Assembly (NCBI GenBank): GCA_937893495.1
Contig: CALBIE010000391.1
Location: forward strand, 1,363 to 65,362
DNA from: an uncultured Verrucomicrobiales bacterium
GTDB taxonomy: Bacteria; Verrucomicrobiota; Verrucomicrobiia; Limisphaerales; JAYPXF01
Length of the DNA stretch: 64,000 nt
Direction: 5' to 3'
The notes under the pieces are model-generated. The model did not search any database. It saw only the letters and a program-made list of their open reading frames with translations, and was not told the DNA's origin. The translations under genes were made by a program, and so were the position numbers. Below are positions 16,542-23,753 of this stretch, one piece after another (the stretch's first letter is position 1; each line of letters starts with the position of its first letter).

Positions 16542-19112
16542 ATGTCTGACGCAAAAGCATGCCCCCAGTGCGGGAGTGAAATGAGTCCGTCCGAACTCGA
16601 CGGGCTTTGTATGGCCTGCGTGGCGAAGATGGGCTTCAGCGAGGCGGAGATTGGAATCGATCCCCGGCCCGATGATGGTCCGGTGAAATCCGAGGTGCCC
16701 CGGAAAATCCGCTACTTTGGTGATTACGAAATTCGCAGTGAGGTTGCCAGGGGAGGGATGGGAGTTGTCTATCGTGCGCGGCAGATGACGCTGAACCGGG
16801 ATGTCGCGCTCAAAATGGTAATGGGTGGCGTTCTGGCATCTGAAACGGAGGTCCAACGTTTCCGCACCGAGGCGGAAGCGGCTGCCCGGCTCGATCATCC
16901 CAATATCGTGGCCATCTACGAATTCGGTGAGCATGAGGGTTGCCAATACTTCACGATGAAGTTCATCGAAGGCGGCAGCCTGGCTCAACGGATCGGGGAA
17001 TACACCGGCCATCAGCGCGCCGCTGCCGTGCTGATGGCCAAGGTTGCGAGGGCGATTCACTATGCTCACCAACACGGCGTGCTCCATCGTGATGTCAAGC
17101 CGGCCAACATCCTGCTCGACGAATACGGGGACCCGCACGTGACCGATTTCGGGCTGGCAAAGATCGTCGAGGACGAACGCAATCTGACCCTGAGCGGCGC
17201 CGTGATGGGGTCGCCGGCCTACATGGCGCCGGAACAGGCGGAAGGCAGCAGCAAACGGATCAGTGCCGGCACCGATGTCTATGGCCTCGGGGCAGTTCTT
17301 TACCACCTGCTGACTGGTTCCCCACCTTTCAAAGGGAAATCAGCGATGCAGGTGGTTGCCAAAGTGATTGATTCCGCACCGGCCTTGCCGTCCTCATTGA
17401 TGCCGAAATTGGATGAACAGCTCGAATCCATCTGTCTTCGCTGTCTGGAGAAGAATCCTGCGAGCCGGTATTCATCCGCGGCGGGACTGGCCGATGATCT
17501 GGAGCGATGGCTGCAAGGTGAACATCGGGAATCCTCGCGCGCGCCGTTCGCAGCTCGGTTGCGGAACAGGATTCGCCGAAATCCCGTCGTGGCCGGTTGC
17601 CTGGCTGTCGCGGTATTGGCTCTTGGGATGGTTGGATGGAAGTATCTTCCAACCGGCGGCTGGCTTGGGAAACGCGGGGAAATCTTAAAAGCCGGGGGCA
17701 TGGCTCCATCGAAACAAGTGAGTCCGTTTGTGGGAACGAACGCTCAACTTCGAGCCAGATGGACCAACAGCCTCGGAATGGTCTTTGTGCCTGTGCCGGG
17801 AACGGAAGTGCAGTTCTGCATCTGGGAGACCCGGTTTCAGGATCACGGAACGTTTGCGAAGCAGACGAGCCGGGCGGTGAAATTGCCTTCGCTCGAAGGC
17901 CCGACGTACCCGGCAGTGAATGTGTCGTGGGGCGAAGCAAAGGAATTTTGTCAATGGCTGACCGAGAAGGAACAAAAGGCCGGATTGCTCGCGAGCGATC
18001 AATTGTATCGGCTACCTACGGATGAAGAATGGAGCCGGGCGGTGGGCTTGACGAGTGAAAGCGGGTCAACGCCGGTGATGCGAATGGCCGCAGGAATCAA
18101 AGGTGTCTATCCCTGGGGAACGGGGTGGCCGCCGCCTCGGGGCGCAGGGAATTACGCGGAGAGTCTGAACATGGATGATTTCGAGCGCACCGCTCCCGTG
18201 GGCTCCTTTGATGGGAACGCTTACGGAATTCATGACCTGAGCGGCAATGTATGGGAGTGGTGCGAAGACAGTCCCGGCGACAGCGGTCGCAACCGCCGTG
18301 TGCTGCGCGGTGGATCCTGGAACTGCGACCGTCCCGCCGATCTGTTGTCCTCCGGCCGCTTCATCAAGGAGGTGCCGTCGACGCCCTACGATCACATTGG
18401 GTTTCGAGTTGTGCTGGCAATCTTTGATTCGGAACTCGAAAGAAACCTCCGTCGGACGTCTCAGTCGGCCGTGGAGGACGGAAGCGTCCGGGCAATCGTC
18501 CCCGGCGGTCTGGCATCGTGCCGGCAGTTGCTGAAGAAACAGGGCGGTGACGAAAACAAGTTGTACGTCCACGGCGGAATACTTTGTTACGACGAAATCG
18601 ACGGACTTAATCTCGATCCGTTGAAGGGGGTTCCCTTGAATTCGCTCCACTTTGTCGGATCCCCGACAGCTGATCTGAAACCAGTGGTGGGGATGCCGTT
18701 GTATAATCTCAATCTGCATTCCAGTCCGAATCTCACCGATTTGTCCCCAATCCGCGCGTTGCAATTGCGAAAGCTCACGCTTGATGGGTGTACGAGTATT
18801 CGTGATTTTTCCGTGCTGTCAGAATTGAATCTTGAGTCGCTTGACCTGAAGGGGACCGCCATTGCTGATATTTCAATCGTCATAGGAAAGAACCTGAAGT
18901 ACCTCCGGCTTGAGGAATGTCGCCAGATCAAAAGTCTGCTGCCGCTGAAAGGACACAACTCGATCGAGACATTGATCGTTCCGATGAACGCGCCCGACAT
19001 GGAAGCATTACGAGGTCTGCCAAAGCTCAAGATGATTGGTTTCACTGAAGAAGGCTTGAAGGCGCCCAAGGATTTCTGGGCGGAATACGATTCGAAGAAA
19101 AAAGACCGTTAG
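16542..19112 (+). CDS. Ser/Thr protein kinase - TM - FGE/SUMF1-type (formylglycine-generating-enzyme-like) domain - LRR-like module 1
   Basis: 856-aa ORF. CPQCG...CMAC N-terminus. Kinase motifs (ARGGMGVVYRA, ALKMV, HRDVKPANILL, DFGLAK, GSPAYMAPE). TM (VVAGCLAVAVLALGMVGW). SUMF1 motifs (NSLGMVFVPVPG, VSWGEAKEFCQWLT, YRLPTDEEW, GNVWEWCED, RVLRGGSW, GFRVVL). C-terminal LRR-like repeats ending FWAEYDSKKKDR, paralogous to the tail of the 23754 gene. Confidence 0.9.
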   Translation: MSDAKACPQCGSEMSPSELDGLCMACVAKMGFSEAEIGIDPRPDDGPVKSEVPRKIRYFGDYEIRSEVARGGMGVVYRARQMTLNRDVALKMVMGGVLASETEVQRFRTEAEAAARLDHPNIVAIYEFGEHEGCQYFTMKFIEGGSLAQRIGEYTGHQRAAAVLMAKVARAIHYAHQHGVLHRDVKPANILLDEYGDPHVTDFGLAKIVEDERNLTLSGAVMGSPAYMAPEQAEGSSKRISAGTDVYGLGAVLYHLLTGSPPFKGKSAMQVVAKVIDSAPALPSSLMPKLDEQLESICLRCLEKNPASRYSSAAGLADDLERWLQGEHRESSRAPFAARLRNRIRRNPVVAGCLAVAVLALGMVGWKYLPTGGWLGKRGEILKAGGMAPSKQVSPFVGTNAQLRARWTNSLGMVFVPVPGTEVQFCIWETRFQDHGTFAKQTSRAVKLPSLEGPTYPAVNVSWGEAKEFCQWLTEKEQKAGLLASDQLYRLPTDEEWSRAVGLTSESGSTPVMRMAAGIKGVYPWGTGWPPPRGAGNYAESLNMDDFERTAPVGSFDGNAYGIHDLSGNVWEWCEDSPGDSGRNRRVLRGGSWNCDRPADLLSSGRFIKEVPSTPYDHIGFRVVLAIFDSELERNLRRTSQSAVEDGSVRAIVPGGLASCRQLLKKQGGDENKLYVHGGILCYDEIDGLNLDPLKGVPLNSLHFVGSPTADLKPVVGMPLYNLNLHSSPNLTDLSPIRALQLRKLTLDGCTSIRDFSVLSELNLESLDLKGTAIADISIVIGKNLKYLRLEECRQIKSLLPLKGHNSIETLIVPMNAPDMEALRGLPKLKMIGFTEEGLKAPKDFWAEYDSKKKDR

Positions 19113-19120
19113 AATACCGG

Positions 19121-19155
19121 CTGAATGCTTTTGTAGTAGGGGAACAACGAAGAAC
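19121..19155 (+). promoter_or_regulatory. conserved leader module (CTGAATGCTTTTG + purine-rich RBS region) preceding an ATGGCCAAAC start
   Basis: ctgaatgcttttgtagtaggggaacaacgaagaacATGGCCAAACC. Nearly the same string precedes ATG 22456, a shorter version precedes ATG 26560, and TGAATGC alone precedes ATG 23754. Confidence 0.35.
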
Positions 19156-22100
19156 ATGGCCAAACCACAGTCCAAAAACTTTTTCACCATGAGGCAAACA
19201 TATTGCGCCACCGAGCGGGTCGATAACCACCGCAATGCTCCAATCGTTCGAATCACGCTCGCAGTGACTGTGTTCATGACCGCCTGCACTGCGGAACCAC
19301 TTCCGCCCGCCAGGAGCAAGCAACTCTGTTACTCGATCGTACAGGATATTGATCGCGCCATGCGCGAATGGGCCCGGCGCTCGAAACCGAAGATTGGTCA
19401 GAAAATTGATTTGGAAGTACTGGCGCCCTTTCGCAGGCGAGGTCTGCCGGTAGTCTGTCCGATTGGAGGGGAAATCACCGTGAGTGAATATGGCGATCTT
19501 CCGGTCTGTAGCCTGCCGGAACATCAGCACAGACCATGGCGCAGCCTGCCGCCACAAATCGCCATCAAGCATCGTATCGGTGAATTGGAATCGAAAGACA
19601 GCAAACAGATTCTCCGGGCATTCAACCAGATCGAGCGCTCCGCCTATGCGAACACCAACGGGGCGGTCTTGTTACCGCACATGCTTGATGCGCTCGACGC
19701 AATGGCGCCAACCATCGAGGACGTGGAACGATACATCGTCAAATACCCGCGGGAAATCATGGGTTCGATGAATCCGGTTAACACAATGACGAAGTTTTCA
19801 AGTAACTCTGTTCCCATTCTGCTCTCTGCTGTGACGACTCGTACTCGTTCCAATCTGACGCGCCGTGTTTGCTTCGAGGCGTTGACCAGAATGAAGTTCC
19901 CCGGCCACAAGGATGTCATAATTGCCGGCTTAACCAACGACGTGCCGCTGGTCAACGTATTGGCGATGCAAACCTTGAGGCGTCACCCGGATTACGTTGA
20001 AGCGGCCGGGGATTTGGTTTCGAACAGCATGAAGCAGGTTTTACACAAACTGCATCCGGATGATGTGCAATGGGCGATCATCCCATTCGGCTATTTGAAG
20101 CTCGAAGTCGGGCAATTCGTTCCGGATTTGGGCAGGATTATTTTTGCCGAACCGGATCCGTCCGTTGAAACCAAGAATCAGACGCGCATTTCCTCCGGCG
20201 CGAGTCTTTTCGCCCGGGCCAAGCCGGACGCCAAACGTGCAATTGGTGCGATGGCAGCACAGTATTTTCGATCGAACTCAGCTCATCAACGCAGGGCTGC
20301 CGCAAGCGTCTTAAGGATTATCGGCGGCGAGGCAAAGGAATGGCGCAACCTTCTCGTTTCGGGCGTCGACGACGACGACGAGCAGGTGCGTCTCAATTCC
20401 TTTCAGGCGCTCAGGAACCTCGACGAGGAACCGGACACTTGGCTGGCATTGAATCAACGGAAGCTGGCCGACAACAGTCATTCGATCCGAAGACTCGCTT
20501 CGCAACATCTTGCGCAGATCGTCGTCACGGATTCCCAGCGGATACTGCCAATTGTTCTGAAACTCCTCTCGGACACCAACCACCTGGTGCGCATTGGAGC
20601 CTTGGAAACCCTTGGAATGATGCGTCCGCCCGCTGGCAGTGCCCTCCCGTCAGTGGCAAGTGCGTTGAACGACAAGCACCCGCTCGTCCGGTCCTCAGCA
20701 GTTGCAACCTTGGGGAAGTACGGTGATGCCGCCCGCACCAGTATTCCGGAACTTCTGTCCCGGTTCAAAGCCCCGGATGAAACGGCCAAGGCAACCTTCC
20801 TGACAGCGCTCGGTCAAATAGACCCTGAGAATGCTTCTGTCATCGAAGCCGGCATGGCTGGTCTGGAATCTGACAGCAAAGCCACTGTGATCGCAGCGGC
20901 AGGCGTTCTGAGCCGCACGAAGGCCTATCTTGCCCCTCACGTTGATCGACTTTTGCACCTGATGAAGGACCGGCAGAAGCGCACTGACGGCAAGATTCCA
21001 TACCTGCTCCAAAAAGTGGGGCCGGAGGCACTGCCGAAACTGATCTCGGCGCATCAGCAAGGCCCGGAGAACCTGAGTTGGGTTGTCATCAATGTCGTTG
21101 GTTCGCTTCGTGGGCATGATGTGGAAGTCCCACCAGAAGTGGCAAATCAACTCGCGCCGTTGTTCACAGAATGGTTTGAGTTCAATACCAAAGTGGCTGT
21201 TTTTCCTCCGGATGCAGTCAGACCGCGCATTGCTGCGGCTTTTCCGGCATTGGGTAGGATTGCGGCGTCTGAGATGGCGTATCTTCTGAGCATTCAAAAA
21301 TCCAAATCGGGAGCCAGTGCCTTCTCTAATCGATACGACCAGGATCTCCTCCGGAGAGCATTCAAGAAACTGACCGAAAAGTATCCTGATGTTAAGCTGG
21401 TGGATCTTGCGGCGAAAACAAGAGTTCCGGTTGAATGGAAAAAGTTTCTCGGCACGTATCGGCGCAATCCGTATGAGAACACCTGGCACGAAGGTGTTCT
21501 CAGTTGGGTCGGGATGAATGCAAAAGGATTGCCCGTGCTGAAATGGCGCAATATGGCCGGCATAGAATGGGAGCTTCTGCCTGAGCCGAATTCATGGAGA
21601 ATGAAAACCGGCACGGGAAATCCGTACCAGTCGAAAGGCTATCCCGCTGCCCTGGAATTCCGGTTCCGACCACAAACCGATCAAAATCGGCCACCGCACG
21701 GATTCCAGTTCAACCAGGATTATTTTGTACGAATTGATCCTATGGTCATGCGTTTCTTGGGGCTGTTGGGGAAGACTGCAGGGCGACCAACCAACACGCA
21801 ACCGCAACCGAAGAAAGCTCCCCCGTCTCCCAGTCCATCAAAGGAGCAGTTGGAACGAATCTGTTTTCAGAGTCTCAATTCCATCGACCGTGCAATCGTG
21901 AAATGGGCGACAAGCAACAAGATCAAACCTGAATCGCCGATCGACCGGCGTGCGCTGCTCTCCCACCTCTCTCGCTCCCTCATGCCCAAGTGCCCGTCGG
22001 GTGGCGCCTATGAAACCACCGTGGCAGGCGAAGTGCCGACCTGTTCTGTTCACGGCAGTTCCACACCGAACCGAAAGCGTTCGCCCATCAAATTATTGGA

Positions 22101-22350
22101 CATGTGTATCGCCAACATGAAACAGATTGACGGTGCCACGCAGCAGTGGGCTTTGGAAAACAAGAAACTTTCGGGCTCTGCGGTTGATCGGAAGCAAATG
22201 CTATTCTATCTCAAGAACGGACAAATGCCGGTTTGTCCCTCTTCCGGTACGTATGTCCTTGCAAACATCAATGCCAGTCCATCGTGTTCGGTTCATGGGA
22301 GCCTGGGCACGGCAATGAAGGTCTCCAAACAACAGGGGAATCTTCCATAG
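19156..22350 (+). CDS. mosaic-family protein: MAKP start - pilin-like Cys module - HEAT repeats - module B - two more Cys modules
   Basis: 1064-aa ORF. It starts MAKPQSKNFF and has a hydrophobic/lipoprotein-like segment (ITLAVTVFMTAC). HEAT-like repeats (EQVRLNSFQALRNL, HLVRIGALETLGMM, HPLVRSSAVATLGKYGD). Module B (EWKKFLGTYRRNPYENTWHEG...GFQFNQDYFVRI). Three copies of the C..(N)..(Q)ID.A...WA...K...CP.GG.Y......P.CS.(H)G module. Confidence 0.9.
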   Translation: MAKPQSKNFFTMRQTYCATERVDNHRNAPIVRITLAVTVFMTACTAEPLPPARSKQLCYSIVQDIDRAMREWARRSKPKIGQKIDLEVLAPFRRRGLPVVCPIGGEITVSEYGDLPVCSLPEHQHRPWRSLPPQIAIKHRIGELESKDSKQILRAFNQIERSAYANTNGAVLLPHMLDALDAMAPTIEDVERYIVKYPREIMGSMNPVNTMTKFSSNSVPILLSAVTTRTRSNLTRRVCFEALTRMKFPGHKDVIIAGLTNDVPLVNVLAMQTLRRHPDYVEAAGDLVSNSMKQVLHKLHPDDVQWAIIPFGYLKLEVGQFVPDLGRIIFAEPDPSVETKNQTRISSGASLFARAKPDAKRAIGAMAAQYFRSNSAHQRRAAASVLRIIGGEAKEWRNLLVSGVDDDDEQVRLNSFQALRNLDEEPDTWLALNQRKLADNSHSIRRLASQHLAQIVVTDSQRILPIVLKLLSDTNHLVRIGALETLGMMRPPAGSALPSVASALNDKHPLVRSSAVATLGKYGDAARTSIPELLSRFKAPDETAKATFLTALGQIDPENASVIEAGMAGLESDSKATVIAAAGVLSRTKAYLAPHVDRLLHLMKDRQKRTDGKIPYLLQKVGPEALPKLISAHQQGPENLSWVVINVVGSLRGHDVEVPPEVANQLAPLFTEWFEFNTKVAVFPPDAVRPRIAAAFPALGRIAASEMAYLLSIQKSKSGASAFSNRYDQDLLRRAFKKLTEKYPDVKLVDLAAKTRVPVEWKKFLGTYRRNPYENTWHEGVLSWVGMNAKGLPVLKWRNMAGIEWELLPEPNSWRMKTGTGNPYQSKGYPAALEFRFRPQTDQNRPPHGFQFNQDYFVRIDPMVMRFLGLLGKTAGRPTNTQPQPKKAPPSPSPSKEQLERICFQSLNSIDRAIVKWATSNKIKPESPIDRRALLSHLSRSLMPKCPSGGAYETTVAGEVPTCSVHGSSTPNRKRSPIKLLDMCIANMKQIDGATQQWALENKKLSGSAVDRKQMLFYLKNGQMPVCPSSGTYVLANINASPSCSVHGSLGTAMKVSKQQGNLP

Positions 22351-22421
22351 TTCGTGGAGTGTGTCGGGAAATGTTGTGCCGGTTACGAATTCATGAAAAA
22401 TAAGATCTGTTGGAACTTCGC

Positions 22422-22455
22422 CTGAATGCTTTTGTTGAAAAGGAACAGCAAAGCC
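22422..22455 (+). promoter_or_regulatory. conserved leader module (second copy)
   Basis: ctgaatgcttttgttgaaaaggaacagcaaagccATGGCCAAACA aligns along its whole length with 19121-19165. Confidence 0.35.
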
Positions 22456-23592
22456 ATGGCCAAACAGTTGAAACATTCCTGCCACCATTGTGGGAACGTC
22501 ATTCCCCACGACGATGACGTGGTGGGGAACGAAGTGACTTGTCCCCACTGTGCGAACACCACCGTTCTGGGAAATGACTATTCGGGCCATATGGGGAACG
22601 CAAATTCCAATCCATGGGATGAAGATCCGTGGGAAAAGCAGATGGAAGAAGTCGCGAAAGAAGAAACCCAAGATCGCGAGCAACTGGTGGTCAGGAAGTG
22701 GAGCGACAGCGTGGTTGGCACGGTGTGGGGCGGGGTTTGTTTCCTGCCGATCATTGTTCTTCTGCTTTGGGGATTCGCGAGTGAGGAATATGGCCACACG
22801 CTCAAGGAATTCAGCGAGAAAGTCGTTCCCCCGGGCACCAATGGCCTTCCGGGCATCATCGGGTTCCTGTTTATTCTGCTCCCCACGGTGGTGGTGGGGA
22901 CTGTGCGTATCGTTCTGGCCCTCTGCTACAATCCATTTACCTATCTGATTTTTTGCAGTTGCCTGGGATTCGGCGCGTTGGCCGGTTGGTTCGTTGCAAC
23001 CGTTTGGAATCCTCGGGTTGAGCTTCTGCGTGGGTTCGCCACGGTATTGCTCGGCTTCACGCTTTCGTTCGGGTTCGTCCAAATGGTACTGGCCGAAAAG
23101 TGGAGGAACTTCAGCGCGAGCAAGATATCCGGACAGAGGAACCTCAAGGTACCTCAAAAGCCGGCTCCGAACGAATTGCCAAAGTCGACTCCCGGCGCGC
23201 CACCCGGTGTGCCCACCAAGGTCGCCCCGCAGAAGAAGCAGGCTGCAAAACCAGCGACCGCCATCGATTGGCGTGTCTTTATCGGAACGTACCGTCGCAA
23301 TCCCTACGAAAACACGTGGCATGTGGGAACCATCACCTATGTCGGCATGAGCGGCAGTGGAAAACCGATGCTGAAATGGCGAAATCAGGCAGGCATGGAA
23401 TGGCCACTCTATCCCACACCGGATACATGGAATGTTCGCACCGGCAAGGGAAATCCTTATCTGAACACGGACCAGGGCAATCATTTCGAATTCCGCCCGG
23501 GCCAGCATTCCAACAGCCCACCGGTTGGGTTTCAGTTCAACCAGGATTTTTTTCAACGACTCGTCGTGCCCGCCCAGGGGGGAGCGAGATAG
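22456..23592 (+). CDS. mosaic-family protein: zinc ribbon - NPWDED motif - about 4 TM - module B
   Basis: Met at 22456 (MAKQLKHSCHHCGNVIPHDDDVVGNEVTCPHC) preferred over the ORF-track start at 22426. NPWDEDPW motif, four hydrophobic helices, C-terminal DWRVFIGTYRRNPYENTWHVG...KWRNQAGMEWPLYPTP...GFQFNQDFFQRL. Confidence 0.9.
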   Translation: MAKQLKHSCHHCGNVIPHDDDVVGNEVTCPHCANTTVLGNDYSGHMGNANSNPWDEDPWEKQMEEVAKEETQDREQLVVRKWSDSVVGTVWGGVCFLPIIVLLLWGFASEEYGHTLKEFSEKVVPPGTNGLPGIIGFLFILLPTVVVGTVRIVLALCYNPFTYLIFCSCLGFGALAGWFVATVWNPRVELLRGFATVLLGFTLSFGFVQMVLAEKWRNFSASKISGQRNLKVPQKPAPNELPKSTPGAPPGVPTKVAPQKKQAAKPATAIDWRVFIGTYRRNPYENTWHVGTITYVGMSGSGKPMLKWRNQAGMEWPLYPTPDTWNVRTGKGNPYLNTDQGNHFEFRPGQHSNSPPVGFQFNQDFFQRLVVPAQGGAR

Positions 23593-23753
23593 TTGGGCAA
23601 CTCGATCCTGTGTATAGTCTCAATCAAGGCGGGAGACATCGGGGACCATGATGATGCAGAAACCAGAATCGATTGTGAAAAGCACGCCTATGCGAATAGT
23701 CTTCTGGTCACCACCGAGCGCTTGAATGCCCAACCATCACCAAAAGAAAGCTG

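Noticed and set aside
19111-19133. Reading the CTGAATGCTTTTG leader as a sigma-54 (-24 GG / -12 GC) promoter.
   Set aside because: The GG-to-GC spacing in ccGGctgaatGC is about 8 nt instead of the required ~11, and the GG is not conserved in the other copies.
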